From Malacoraja senta (lineage: Eukaryota), in assembly GCA_038087875.1 (NCBI GenBank), contig CM075994.1, positions 5,954,001-6,018,000 of the forward strand: a stretch of DNA of 64,000 bases, given 5' to 3'. Shown one piece after another: positions 26,261 to 40,990 of the stretch. Position numbers and translations under genes: made by a program. Within the stretch, counting starts at the first letter, position 1. The number at the start of each line of letters is the position of its first letter. Below the pieces are notes generated by a model, which saw only the letters and a list, made by a program, of their open reading frames with translations, ran no database searches and was not told the origin of the DNA.

Positions 26261-26362
26261 TCAAGTTCAAGTGAGTTTATTGTCATATGTCCCTGATAGG
26301 ACAATGAAATTCTTGCTTTGCTTCAGCAAAACAGAACATAGTAGGCATTGACTACAACATTT
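26261..26362 (-). mobile_element. Short Rex/Babar-type LINE 3' tail inserted in Gypsy RT (second copy at ~31084-31187)
   Basis: Same tail as 39620-39678 (gaaatttcattgtcc..aataaactcacttga); gagctt duplicated on both sides. Confidence 0.65.
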
Positions 26363-27041
26363 TTGAGCTTTTTGCGTCGAGGACAGAAAAAACTGTTGCA
26401 CGCCCGATTTGTGCAGCGATGTCCTCGACAGTTCTCATCGGATAATGCGGGCGCTTAATGGCAGCGTTCAAGTATTTTGGATTGATGCACACGCGGAGCT
26501 AGTTTTTGTCTTTCTTATAAGTGACAACCATGGTGGAGACCCAGTTTGTGGGTTCGCTGATTTGGGCTAGTACACCCATGGAGACCATGTTTTTTAGCTC
26601 AGTCTCAATTCTGTTTCGCATGGCATGTGGCACACGGTGGGGGGCACGGACGGCTGGGTCGATGGTGGGGTCAATGGCGATCTTATAAGTCACAGGCAGC
26701 TTGCCTAGCTTGCCATCGAATAGATCAGGATATCTTTTAATCGGGTCCTCAGATATTAGCAACTTGTGAACGGTGCGGTCGAAGGAAACCAGCCCTAGGT
26801 CTTGGCAGGCATGTATGCCCAGTGGAATCACAGTCAGATTTAAGATATAGAAAGTCAGATTTCTTGTGGTGTTTTTCAGAACACATTTAAAGATAGTTCT
26901 TCCAAGAGGATACAGGACTTCCTGTCCATAAGCATGTACGGTAGAGCTGTCTCTAGTCAAGGTCTAATTATTTCTTATCTTGTTGTAGACATTCACAGAC
27001 ATTACATTCACGTGGGCCCCAGTACCCAGCTTGGCCTTCAC

Positions 27042-30000
27042 AGGTCGATCTGTTTGGAATCTCTCTTCCACAGACAAATTGAAAAAAACGCTTTCTGATG
27101 GCTCTGTTATAAGCAGCCTTTTATTTGCCGTATAAAATTAAAGCTGTAATAACTCAAAGTCATAATTGATTTGTACTCACAAATCCACAGATACCTCTTC
27201 AGATAAGTCTCGATGCTGTCGATAGACCTCAAGGCCTCATCTGGCCGAGGTCTTTATCTTCAGTTCCTCCTAGAACCAGTCTTCTTCTGGCTAAACCTCA
27301 CCGAGATCTTGAAATTATGATGCTTTGTTTGGTTAGATTTTTTTAAGTACACCCATCCCTCTATTGTTTTATGTGAGATAAATAGGATATACTTTGCGTC
27401 GAATCAAATTTCCCGTGTTGATTTCCCCTGCAACCTATTCACATTTGCGCACAATCGTATTTCCTCGTTTCTATCTGTCATCTGTATTTTTATGACAGCC
27501 ATTGAACTCTACCAACCTGCGCATGACTCATCAGCTCGGCTAAACGCGTCACTGCCATTCTGTTTAATTAAAATTCCGTATAAAGGTGAAGCCAACGTCC
27601 AAAACGCATTATTTTGTCACTTTAATATATTTGTAAAATGAGTTTAGTTACGTTACGGCCACTGGAACCAGTGAACCACCCGGAGACTTTTCTGACATCA
27701 GCAGACGGGAACAAAACAAATACGTGCTGTAAATGATTATGTTACACAGATCTGGAGTTTAAATTCATCTTTAATTATAGTACATAGTATAGCGGTACAG
27801 CAGGTTGTTAGTTGCTAATTCATCATCACCGCTTCCAAGACTACCTTATGTAGGAAGTGGGTGTTAATATAAATCATACAATAAGGTGGGGTTAATGATG
27901 CTACTCTACTATGATTGGTTCACATGCAATAACCAATCTACATCCTTCCCTGTAAAGAGCGAATATAGTTAAGCACATGTAAGACGCGCGAATTTAAACA
28001 TACTCGCCGTATCTGTCAGGCGGTCAACTAATACGACCCTAACGCGTACGGACCAACCCCTCCCCTACCGCACCAGAAAGGTTAGTGGGGGGGGGGGCAT
28101 TGAACCCGGAGGGGAGAAAAGCAGTTGGGGGCACTTTAGGCGAAAGATAGGGTGAGCATGCGGGAGAGGTAGTGTTGTTGTTAGACAGGGACGCCGGTGG
28201 AGGCGGAGAACAGGACACGCTGGGACAAGGGATGGCAGCAGCAGTAGCAGACGGTTTGAACATCAGAGGTGGAGCAAGGGGATCGGTTGGTGGCGGACGA
28301 AGTTCTTTTACAAGCAGCAAGTGTTGGCGGCTCCACCTCTACAGGGCACCATCGACGTCGACAAGGTAGGAGCGGGGTTCCTAAGACGGGCCAACAACGA
28401 AACCTAGACGGGAATGTCCCACAGTAGTCTGCAAACGGACGACGTGGCCATGCAGTAGTCGTTTCAGCGGTTTGCTGGACATGTCATAGGATCGTTTCTG
28501 GATGTTGTGTTTCTCCTGGATGCGCTTCTGGACCGCGGCTGGCTTGAACACCTGTGGCACCAGCTTCTGCTTGGAAATTGGTATTGGTATTGGTATCAGT
28601 CGTTGTGCTGGTGAGCCTAGGATCCCGTCTCTAGAGATGTTTCTGAGGTTTAAAAGGTCCAGATACACATCCGACTTGCCCAGGTGGGAGCATTCCATTA
28701 GTTGGTTTGCGCTCCTGACGGCCCGTTCAGCGAGCCCGTTACTTTGAGGGTATTCAGGGCTGCTTGTGACATGGTGGAAGTTCCATCGGTTGGCAAAGTG
28801 TTTGAATGCGTGACTGGTAAATTGTCTTCAGTTGTCAGTTTGCAGGCGGACTGGTGCGCCGGACTGGTGTTTCTGTAGCTTTTGAATTACCATTTCTGAT
28901 GTGATGGAGGGCAGTAAATCGAGTTCGAACCAGTTAGAGTAGGAGTCGATCAGGACTAAATACTGTTTACCGTGCCATTCGAAAATGTCTGCTGCCAGCG
29001 ACGTCCAAGGCAGTGCTGGTGGGGGTTATTGTAGCAGAGGCTGTTTCTGTTGTTGTGGTGCCAAACTGTTGCAGATGGGACAGGAGGCTCTGTCCCGTAT
29101 GTACTTGGCCATACCGGGCTAGTAGAACATGCTCTGTGCGTGGGCCAACGTGGCATCGGTACCTGGGTGACCGTTGTGTGCCTCTTTGTAGCATTCGTCT
29201 TGTAAGGATGAAGGGATCACGAGTTTGTGGCCTTTAACTATGACACCGTCGTGTATTACCAACTCATCGCGGACTAGGAAGAACGGCTGCACCTCCAGTG
29301 GCGTGCTGGATTGCCTGTCTGGCCAGCCTCTTTTGATTATGGATGAGAGTAGCTGAAGAGTGCCATCAGCGGCTGTGTGTTCAGCCAGACGTCGCAATCG
29401 TTCCGTGGGAACGAAGTCGATCTTGAGAACCGTAAGCTCATCCCATTCATAGGGGTGTCGTTCACTGGATGCACGTGGTGCACGAGAGAGAGTTTCAGCA
29501 ACGAGCATGTCCTTTCCTTTTTTGTAAACGATTCTGAAGTCGAACCGCTGGAGCTACATCATCATGCGCTACAGTCGTGCAGGTGCTGCGTGCATAGGTT
29601 TATTAAGGATGGTTACAAGTGGCTGGTGGTCTCTTTCGACAGTGAAAGTGTTGCCGAAAATGAAGTCTGAATTTTGAATAAGCGAAGACCACAGCTAGCA
29701 GCTCTTTCTCGATCTGCGCATAGCGCTGTTCGGTGTTCGTCATGGTGCGGGAGTCGTAAGATATAGGTAGTACAGTCCCATCGGCAGATGTTGTTTTTTT
29801 TAATATTAGAAGCAAATGTGCAAAAATAGAATCAACGGCATATGAAATAATACAGTTATTGTACAGCTTCCCGTTTACCTTTAAGCTATAGTTGGAAGAA
29901 AAGAAAGGAGAAAAAGTGAAATGTGCAAAGATAGAACCCCTAGACTACCAAAGTGGTGTAGCCAAAGAGTGAATAAATGAAAGAAAGAAGAGAGGAATAG

Positions 30001-31859
30001 AAATAAGAAAAATAAAAGGACATAAAGAGAAAGAAAGAAAAAAGTGGTGATATACCTGCCTCTCATCCCTCCCCACCCACCTCACCCAACCCGTAATTAG
30101 ATATAAATCCAAAGTTGTTTTGTACCATACCATCCTTGTAATAAATCAATGAATGGTGTCCATGTCTTCGAAAAATGATCTGGTTTTTCTGCCTAGACAA
30201 GTCTAATATTTTCAAGATGTAGCGTCTCGGACACGTTCATAATCCACATCTTAAGAGTAGGGACTGATGTATGTTTCCAAAATGTGAATATTCGTTTTTT
30301 CGCCGTTATCAGGCCATAATTAAGGAAACGTCTGAACTAATGATAGCTCAGACGTACCTAGAATGATCAATCGGCAGATGTTTGAAGGCAGGTTGCGGGC
30401 TTCTGACGTACCTAGAATGATCAATCGGCAGATGTTTGAAGGCAGGTTGCGCCCAGCCCGTATTGTGAGGCATCGCAGGTTATCGTGACAGGACGCTTCA
30501 GGTCGAAGAATGTCAAGGTGGGAGCGCAGGCCAGCTTGGTTTAAAAAAAATCAAATACTTGTTGATGCTGCTGCTACCAGGTCCACTCAGTGTCCTTTCG
30601 GGTGAGTTATCTCAGTGGCGAACTTAGTTCGCTGAGATTCGGTATGAACTTTCCCAGATAGTTCACCATACCCAGAAATTGTTGTAGGGTTAAAACGTCG
30701 GTGGGGGCTAGCATCTCTCTGATGGCAGCAGTTTTCTTCGGGTCGGGCTTGAGGTCCTCAGAAGTGAATACGTGTCCGACATTGGGGACCTCTGGAACCC
30801 GCAACTTGCATTTATTAGGGTTGAATTTCAGCTTGTTCTCACGTGCCCTGTCCATAATACGCTTTAGGTTGATGTCATGCTCCGCTACGTCTTTGCCAGG
30901 ATGTCATCTACAATGATGGCACACGGTAGTCCTTCGAACATCTGTTACATGGTTCTTTGAAAAACCTCGCTGGCCGTGTTTATGCCGAATGGCATCCTAA
31001 GAAATTTGAATCTGCCGAATGGTGTGGCAAGCGTGGTGAGGTTTGATGACTCGTCATCCAGTGGTATCTGCCAATACGAGCTTTCAAGTTCAAGTGAGTT
31101 TATTGCCATGTGTCCCTGATAGGACAATGAAATTCTTGCTTTGCTTCAGCACAACAGAACATAGTAGGCATTGACTACAGCATTTTTGAGCTTTTTGCTT
31201 CGAGGACAGAAAAAACTGTTGCGCGCCCGATTTGTGCAGCGATGTCCTCGACAGTTCTCATCGGATAATGCGGGCGCTTAATGGCAGCGTTCAAGTCTTT
31301 TGGATTGATGCACACGCGGAGCTAGTTTTTGTCTTTCTTATAAGTGACAACCATGGTGGAGACCCAGTTTGTGGGTTCGCTCATTTCGGCTAGTACACCC
31401 ATGGAGACCATGTTTTTTAGCTCAGTCTCAATTCTGTTTCGCATGGCATGTGGCACACGGTGGGGGGGCACGGGCGGCTGGGTCGATGGTGGGGTCAATG
31501 GCGATCTTATAAGTCACAGGCAGCTTGCCTAGCTTGCCATCGAATAGATCAGGATACCTTTTAATCAGATATTAGCAACTTGTGAACGGTGCGGTCGAAG
31601 GAAACCAGCCCTAGGTCTTGGCACGCATGGATGCCCAGGAGAGTCACAGTCAGATTTTAAGATATAGAAAGTCAGATTTCTTGTGGTGTTTTTCAGAACA
31701 CATTTAAAGGTAGTTCTTCCAAGAGGATACAGGACTTCCTGTCCATAAGCATGTAAGGTAGAGCTGTCTCTAGTCAAGGTCTAATTATTTATTATCTTCT
31801 TGTAGACATTCACAGACATTACATTCACGTGGGCCCCAGTTTCCAGCTTGGCCTTCACA
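27042..31859 (+). repeat. Tandem segmental duplication copy 2
   Basis: Junction ..ttggccttcac|aggtcg.. at 27041/27042; collinear with copy 1. Confidence 0.9.
29793..30423 (-). mobile_element. L1 3' fragment inside Gypsy (copy 2) with ordinary 13-bp TSD
   Basis: atcggcagatgtt at 29780-29792 and 30424-30436; local ~54-bp tandem duplication at its 5' end. Confidence 0.8.
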
Positions 31860-32619
31860 TGCTTGTTGTTAATTGACATTGAAACAGATGGATCTAAAAG
31901 CTTACCAGCTGTGTGAAGGAGTGTATGCACAGTGGACTCCTCGTATGTGCTAATTGGATCATCCTCGTGGGCAGCTTCGAGCTGGTCCTGTGAGTCTTGA
32001 AATGTCTGGGCTTGTTGCAACAGGTGCAGATTAGACGCTGAGCTGGAAGTTCTGTTCCCACGGGACCTGCAGACAACGGCGAAGTGATTCATCTTTATTG
32101 CAGTAATTACATGGTTTGCCGTTCGCTGGACAGAACGCTCGTCCCTTGTTGTGGAAATAGTTGCAATTCTGGCATCTTTGCGGAGGCTCATTTGTAAATC
32201 CCCGGTTAGCCATTTGCGGTGATTTGTTCATAAATCTTCTGTTAGCTGTGGCTCCTTTGTTGAAACCCGTCAGATTTATGGTCTTCTTCTGAGTGTCAAA
32301 CTGGTCACTAAGTGGAGCCACAATCTCAGACGTTCGGCAGGCATGCACAGCTTTTCAAGGGTTGAAACCCGTCAGCATTCCGCAGCAACTCAGTCTTTAG
32401 CTTTTGATCAGTCATGCCACTGACAAGCTTGTCCCTGATTAATTCGTTCGACATGACCCCGAAGCGGCATCGTTGAGCCATATATTTCAAGTCACAAATA
32501 AGTCTTTCCACCGGCTCGTCGGGAAGCTGGCGTCTCGCGAAGAATGTTGCTCTTTCTAAGATACCGTTTGAGGGTAGGTCGCATAGTTCACGGAATTTAC
32601 GCAGTAAAACATTGGGGTC

Positions 32620-33376
32620 ACGCACAATGGTGGCGAATTGAGGAATGCAATTGAACAGAGGGATCTAGGAACAACTGTGCATAGTTCCCTGAAGGTGGAA
32701 TCTCATGTAGATAGGGTGGTAAAGAAAGCTTTTGGTGTGCTGGCCTATGTAAATCAGAGCATTGAGTATAGAAGTTGGAATGGAATGTTAAAATTACACA
32801 AGGCATTGGTGAAGCCAATTCTGGAGCATGGTGTACAATTTTGGTCGCCAAATTATAGGAAAGATGTCAACAACATAGATAGAGTACAGAGGAGATTTAT
32901 TAGAATGTTGCCTGGGTTTCAGCAACTAAGTTACAGAGAAAGGTTGAACAAGTTAGGTCTTTATTCTTTGGAGCGCAGAAGACTAAGGGGGGACTTGATA
33001 GAGGTATTTAAAATGATGAAAGGGATAGACAGAGTTGACGTGCATAAGCTTTTTCCATTGCGAGTAGGGAAGATTCAAACAAGAGGACATGATTTGAGAA
33101 TTAAGGGACAGAAGTTTAGGGGTAACATGAGGGGGAACTTCTTTACTCAGAGAGTGGTAGCTGTGTGGAATGAGCTTCCAGTGGAAGTGGTGGAGGCAGG
33201 TTCGATTTTATCATTTAAAAATAAATAGGACAGATATATGGAGGGGAAAGGCATGGATGGTTATGGTCTGAGTGTAGGTAGATGGGACTAGGGGAGAGTA
33301 AGTGTTCGGCACGGACTAGAAGGGACGAGATGGCCTGTTTCCGTGCTGTAATTGTTATATGGTGATATGGTTATAT
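32620..33376 (+). mobile_element. CR1 3' fragment inserted in Gypsy gag
   Basis: LYSLERRRLRGDLIEVFK, TRGHDLRI, FFTQRVV motifs; (ttatatgg)n tail. Confidence 0.9.
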
Positions 33377-34175
33377 GGTCTCAGCAAGTACAACTACCTG
33401 ATCGTTGGCATCGAGAACGGCTGGCGTGTAGTCAAATGTCTGCGCTCTCATCAGAGCCTCCGGTCCCGCCAGGTTTAGTAGAAGAGAAGCCTTGACAGCA
33501 TCTGGTTCATTACGATGGCGATGTTGATATAGTGTTCGTAGTCGATTTCAAATAGCCTCCAACGTTCCCCGATGTCAGAATCGAAGATGAGCTGCGTTGG
33601 CTTTCGGCACGAGTGAGCCATGGTGATACAAATGAAACTGATAAACAGAAATAAAACCCGACATACGGACGCAGTGGGTTACTTCACGCTGACTGACACA
33701 GTGTAAATGATTATGTTACACAGATCTGGAGTTTAAAGTCATCTTTAATTATAACACATAGTATAGCGGTACAGCAGGTTGTTAGTTGCTAATTCATCAT
33801 CACCGCTTCGAAGACTATTTAAGGTGGCAAGTGGGTGTTAATATAAAGCATACAGTAAGGTGTGGTTAGTGATGGTACTCTACTAGGATTGGTTAACATG
33901 CAATAACCCATCTACACGTGCCTTACGATATATATGTGAAACATGTTTTGGACTGCTCTGTTTAAGCAAATATTTTCGGTAATTCCAGAAATTTGATGTT
34001 TCCGTTTTGCGCGCCATTCAGTGAAAACAAGTTTATCAAGTTAGCAGAAGGGAGAAAAATAAACCGAGTGCAGATCACAGAGTTGCAGCGACAGATAATG
34101 TGCGATGGAAAGGGTGGAAGGACTGCAAGGAAATAGATCGTCAGATCTGGAAATCATGCTTCCCATACGGAGGCT

Positions 34176-34490
34176 TTGGTTTAGTTTAGTTTAGTATAGT
34201 TTAGTTTACTTTATAATAGCTTAGAGATACAGCACGGAAACAGGCCTTTTGGCCCTCCGGGTCCAGGTGAAACCAGCGATCCCCGCACATTAACACCATC
34301 CTACACCCACTAGGGACAATGTTTACATTTACACCAAGCCAATTAGCCTACAAACCTGTACGTCTTTGGAATGTGGGAGGAAACCGAAGATCTCGGAGAA
34401 AACCCACGCAGGTCACGGAGATCGGGATCGAACTCGGGTCTCCGGCGCTGCATTCGCTATCTGCCGCTGCTCCACCGTGACTGCCGTGGC
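34176..34490 (-). mobile_element. V-SINE (HE1-like)
   Basis: (ctaaa)n tail, ctccggtttcctcccaca-like V core and tRNA-like head on the minus strand. Confidence 0.75.
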
Positions 34491-35117
34491 TTATTGAAGA
34501 GTTTGATAATCGCGGGAAAGAATTAGCTCTTGAATCTGGCGGCATGTAATTTCATGCAACTATGTACCTGTACTCCTAGGTCCCTCTGATCTGCAACACT
34601 ATTAAGGCCGCTATCATTCACTGTGAATGTTTTGCCCATGGTTGACTTACCATAAGGCAACACCTCGCACTCAGCTGCATTAAAATCTAATATTCCGGCA
34701 TTATTCAGTCCACTTGTCTTGCTGTTCAAAGGCCTGCGGTAACTTTTGCTGCTTGTGAATATTCTGCTGTCGAAATGATTGTTATGTGTACTTTGTGATT
34801 ACTTTTATACATTTGATTTTGTTATTGTGTGCAGCATGTTCGTTATTCTGTGGTCTTCCAATACGTTTCCAGAGCGTTTCGGTTTTGACCGTTATCAATG
34901 AGGAGCGTGGTCAGCACACGTAAAATAAAGAAAAATCCTGGAGCACAACCGTCATCGGCACGCAACTCCGCAATACTCTGTACCAGAAAACGGCGTCTTT
35001 TAATATCGAAGCAGTTAAAATAAATATCCCAGAGAGAATTAGCAATAAATGTACGGGTTAGCTCGTTGTTCGAATGAAAAAGAAAGATACCGGGAAATGT
35101 AGATACTCGCTTACAAA

Positions 35118-35772
35118 CATACATAGATACATAGATACATAGAAAATAGGTGCAGGAGTAGGCCATTCGGCCCTTCGAGCCTGCACCGCCATTCAACATG
35201 ATCATGGCTGATCATCCAACTCAGTATCCCGTACCTGCCTTCTCTCCATACCCCCTGATCCCTTTAGCCACAAGGGCCACATCTAACTCCCTCTTAAATA
35301 TAGCCAATGAACTGGCCTCAACTACCCTCTGTGGCAGAGAGATCCAGAGATTCACCACTCTCTGTGTGAAAACGTTTTTCCTCATCTCGGTCTTAAAGGA
35401 TTTCCCCCTTATCCTTAAGCTGTGACCCCTTGTCCTGGACTTCCCCAACATCGGGAACAATCTTCCTGCATCTACCCTGTCCAACCCCATAAGAATTTTG
35501 TACGTTTCTATAAGATCCCCTCTCAATCTCCTAAATTCTAGCGAGTATAAGCCAAGTCTATCCAGTCTTTCTTCATATGAAAGTCCTGACATCCCAGGAA
35601 TCAGTCTGGTGAACCTTCTCTGCACTCCCTCTATGGCAATAATGTCCTTCCTCAGATTTGGAGACCCAAACTGTACGCAATACTCCAGGTGTGGTCTCAC
35701 CAAGACCCTGTACAACTGCAGTAGAACCTCCCTGCTCCTATACTCAAATCCTTTTGCTATGAAAGCTAACAT
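35118..35772 (-). mobile_element. CR1 3' fragment
   Basis: LYRVLVRPHLEYCVQF, GLYSLEFRRLRGDLIETYK; (tctatgta)n tail. Confidence 0.92.
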
Positions 35773-35819
35773 AGCAGTTGTGTAACTCGGGTCAGAGAGT
35801 ATCTCCGGAGGCCATGGTT

Positions 35820-36170
35820 AGGCGGCGTTTCGGGTTTGACCTCTCTTCACACATATCAGAGTGGTGGACAAAACAGGGAAAGGGGTGGATGTAGAACCGA
35901 GCCGAGCAACTGTTAGGTGGAAGGTAGACACAAAATGTTGGAGTAACTCAGCGGGGCAGGCAGCATCTCTGGAGAGAAGGAATGGGTGATGTTTCGGGTG
36001 GAACAGAGATAGAATGTAGTCGGAGACAGTAAGACTGGTGGGAGAACAGGAAGGGGAGGGTATGGAGAGAGATGGAAAGCAATGGCAATTTGAAGTTAAA
36101 GAAGTCAATGTGCACACTGCTGGCGTGCAAGCTACCCAAGCGAAATATGAGGAGCTGTTCCTCCAAATTG
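35820..36170 (-). mobile_element. Penelope-like element 3' end with degenerate hammerhead-like remnant
   Basis: EEQLLIFRLGSL..IDFFNFK GIY-YIG C-terminal motif; tgaagagaggtcaaacccgaaacg at 35826-35849 on the minus strand. Confidence 0.65.
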
Positions 36171-36689
36171 GATTAGGTCGATACAGTTGAGGGGGCAGGG
36201 GGGGGGGTTTGATAAAGTTGTGGACAAAAGATAGAAATTAAACAAGCAAAATAATCCAGATAACAGACACGATTGCATTGTTTCTGAGTTTGCTCTTACG
36301 TTTGCTCTTGCTATACGCTTCCGTACCTTCTGCCGGACGAAATAACGAAGTAGAAATGAGCGGGTTAGGACACGTCTTTGGATATGTTTTTTTCCGGGGC
36401 AGCATGAAGATAGATTCAGGGTGGGAAGTCTGATCTGTGTGATAGATTGTGCTGCTTCTACAACTCTCAGCAGATTCTTGTGATCTTGGGCAGAGCAGTT
36501 ACGAAACTAAGCCGCGATGCAACCCGGCAGTATGGTACATCTGCAGAAGGATGAAAGAGTCATTTCAAGACCTTCCGAATTTCATCTGATCGTCTGGGAG
36601 GCATTGGTGTGTATTTGCGCCTGTCGCATCAATGTAGTGGCCCCAACGGACCTGTTACAGTTGATGATGCTAACGCTAAGGAACAATAT

Positions 36690-37265
36690 ATACATTATAT
36701 ATTAATGCTTTAGATGAAGGGAATAAAAGTAACATGAACAAATCTGCAGATGACACAAAGTTGGCTGACAGTGTGAACTATGAGAAGGATGCGATGAGGA
36801 TTCAGGGTGACTTGGACAGGTTGAGTGAATGGGCAGATGCATGGCTGATGCAGTTTAATGTAGATAAATGTGAGGTTATCCACTTTGGTGGCAAGAACAG
36901 GAAAGCATATTATTATCTGAACGGTGTTAAGTTAGGAAAAGGGGAATTACAACGATATCTGGGTGTCCTTGTTCATCAGTCACTAAAAGTAAGCATGCAA
37001 GTACAGCAGGACGCGAAGAAAGCTAATAGAATGTTGGCCTTCATAACAAGAAGAGTTGAGTGTAGGAGCATATATGTCCTTCTGCAGTTGTACAGAGCCC
37101 TAGAGAGACCACACCTGGAGTATTGTGTGCAGTTTTGGTCCTCAAATTTGAGGATGGAATCATATAAGATTATTAAGGTGTTGGACACGCTAGAGACAGG
37201 AAAGATGTTCTCGGTGTTGGGGGAGTACATATCCAGGGGCCACGGTTTAAGAATAAGGGGCATTA
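36690..37265 (+). mobile_element. Decayed CR1 fragment
   Basis: ADDTKL, FNVDKCEVIHFG, RPHLEYCVQFWS motifs. Confidence 0.88.
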
Positions 37266-37781
37266 TTCCTAGGTGCAGCCGTTTTGAGATGAGCGTGCAG
37301 ATGTGTTTGGATGGGATTATGGTGTAAAAAGCGGAGATGTGTTCCATGAAGAGAGATCAAACGCTGGAAATTCTTGTTGGGTTGCTGTTCCAGTGATGCG
37401 TTTAGATAGAAACATAGAAAATAGGTGCAGAAGGAGGTCATTTGGCCCTTCGATGTGTTCCTGTCGGTTTACTCCTGGGCCTGGCCAAGATGGCTATTCG
37501 CGGGTCCAGACAGCGGGCGGTCGATGGTCACACCAGAGATGGCTGACTGCCCCTCTTCCGACCTACGTCCGTGCTCGCGTGTCCGTGGAGATGGAACACG
37601 CGATGTCCACGTGGCTCTGGAGGCCTTCCGTGAACGCTGGTCGCCGCGGGGGGTCGAGTGCATTGTACATACAGATTGCACCACTGTACCATAATAACTG
37701 CTTGATGTATTGTGGCCATTGAACGTTTGTGTACTTTTGGTACTCTATAATATGCAATTGTTGAATAAAGTAATGGAAAAA

Positions 37782-38151
<370 letters not shown>

Positions 38152-38188
38152 TTTCTAAATTATTTTATTCCGTTTTATTCCTCTTCAG

Positions 38189-38215
38189 AAATTAGATATC
38201 TTCGCAAACAAATGG
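38189..38215 (+). CDS. Putative 27-nt phase-1 micro-exon, (E)IRYLRKQM
   Basis: ttttattccgttttattcctcttcag acceptor, TGG/gtaagt donor. Confidence 0.7.
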
Positions 38216-38399
38216 GTAAGTTAAAACAGACGATCTAATGATTGCTTCAGTATTTATGGTTAAGCCTGGAAAGGTATAATATTTCAGAGACAATATTAAA
38301 TGTCGTAGAGCCACTTGGAACACGAATTGGATTTATCAATTGTCAAGAGTTAAGTTTGACCACGTTCATGCTTTACGCCACGTGACACCATAGCCCTTA

Positions 38400-38907
38400 A
38401 CCAATTGCAGGATCAAACTGAAAGAAACAGGAAAAAGCAGCGACTCTCGGACAGGGCGGCTGGGCGGATCTCGGGCTGGGCGGCTCGCGGGCTGAGCGGC
38501 AATCGGGCTGGGCGGCTCTCGGGCTGAGCGGCTGGACGGCTGGACGGCTTGGCTCTCTCACTCACGGCTTCTGGATTCTCTCACTCACGGACTCTGAGCC
38601 CAACCCGGCCTCCAGGGTTTATTCTCCTCGCACCAGTGATTGACAGCGGGTGCCGGGAAGGGCCGCTACCTTGATGGTGACCGACAGGCGAGAAGACCAA
38701 TCGGCTGATTTCACGATTTTTTTAACCTTCATAACGTTTGTAATATACCACCGATCGGAACGCTTAGAGGGCTTGGTGTGCTTAGAGCACAGGACTACGG
38801 TAAGTAAGGTGGGCGAAAAAATCCTGTTGATATAGGATACCGTTTTTGCGCAAATTAAAACAAACCCAAACCGGAAGAGGACAAGAGAGTTTTAGTAATA
38901 GTATAGA
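38400..38907 (-). mobile_element. Possible truncated non-autonomous Helitron-like element
   Basis: Minus-strand start TCTATACTATTACTAAAAC resembles Helitron 5' ends; internal gggctgggcggct minisatellite; no CTAG 3' end found. Confidence 0.35.
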
Positions 38908-38965
38908 ATACTATTACTACTATACTATTACCAAAACTATATATAGTGTATATATATGCGCGTGT

Positions 38966-39855
<890 letters not shown>

Positions 39856-40386
39856 GAACGGGATTATGTTCAATCTGAAACTGAAATTTACAACCTGAAA
39901 TTTAAAGTTCAATGAAGATGTCACATGAAATGGGAAAGCTTCCACGCCAAATGCCGTCTCCGTTTTAGTGTCATAGTCAATGACCTTGGGCATCCGCTTT
40001 TTGCTATCCACGGGAAGTCTAGCTGCTCACTTCCTCGCAAATACACAGGATCGGTGAAATTCGCGCATATATATAAGCTATATATATATATAGCTTATAT
40101 ATATAAATTATATAATTTTTTTTAAAAATTAAATGTTCGGCACGGACTTGAAGGGCCGAGATGGCCTGTTTCCGTGCTGTTATGGTTATATATGCGCGTG
40201 TATAAACAGACACATAGACACACACATATACATATATCTAAGTGTGTATGTGGGTGGGTGTCTGTGTATGCGCACACATATATAAGCTACAGAATGCAGT
40301 ACGGCATACACGCTGAATCACATTACATATACATGTCTATATATGTAATTTGATTCAGTGTGTATGGCGTCCTGCATGTTGTACTT

Positions 40387-40590
<204 letters not shown>

Positions 40591-40644
40591 TGTGTATACA
40601 CACACATATATAAGCTACAGCATGCAGTACGCCATACACACATG

Positions 40645-40990
40645 TTCCGAGGATGCTTCCACTAGTGGGAGAGTCGAGGACCAGATGCCATAGCCCCAGA
40701 GTAAAGGACGTGCCTTTTGAAAGGAGGTGAGGAACAATGAGGAAGAATGACTTTAATCAGAACGTGGCGAATCTGTGGAATTCATTGCCAAAGAAGTCGG
40801 TGTAAGCCAAGTCAGTTGATATCTTTAAGGAGGAGATTGATAGATTCTTGATTAGTAAGGGTGTCAGGGGTTATCTCGTGTAGGCAGGAAAATGGGGTTG
40901 AGAATGATAGAAAGATCATTCTTTATTTAATTGGCAGTGCAAACTTAATGGGCTGAATGGCGTAATTCTGCTCCTTTCTCTTCTGAACTT
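40645..40990 (+). mobile_element. Old CR1 3' fragment
   Basis: Degenerate ..aatctgtggaattcattgcc..gatagattcttgattag..gggctgaatggc CR1 3' region. Confidence 0.7.

Larger units (their letters stand above)
22916..27041 (+). repeat. Tandem segmental duplication copy 1 (BEL 5' region + spacer + Gypsy 3' LTR/pol)
   Basis: Collinear with 27042-31859 but lacks ~700 bp present at 29088-29792. Confidence 0.9.
23599..27041 (-). mobile_element. Duplicated 3' part of Gypsy element (LTR 23599-23813, IN, RT, protease fragments)
   Basis: YLVLVDSYS..TDNG..QSNGLAE integrase, RMPFG..IIVDDILV RT; PPT agggaagga. Confidence 0.9.
27728..33916 (-). mobile_element. Full-length decayed Gypsy LTR retrotransposon with 215-bp LTRs (27728-27942, 33702-33916)
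   Basis: TG..CA LTRs, 5-bp TSD cgtgc (27723-27727, 33917-33921), gag from ATG 33621 with CCHC knuckles, protease, RT, RNase H (RYAQIEKELLAVV), IN. Confidence 0.93.

Noticed and set aside
35820..35860. Functional hammerhead ribozyme in the Penelope remnant
   Set aside because: CUGANGA core is mutated (gtgaaga) and stems are degenerate; remnant only
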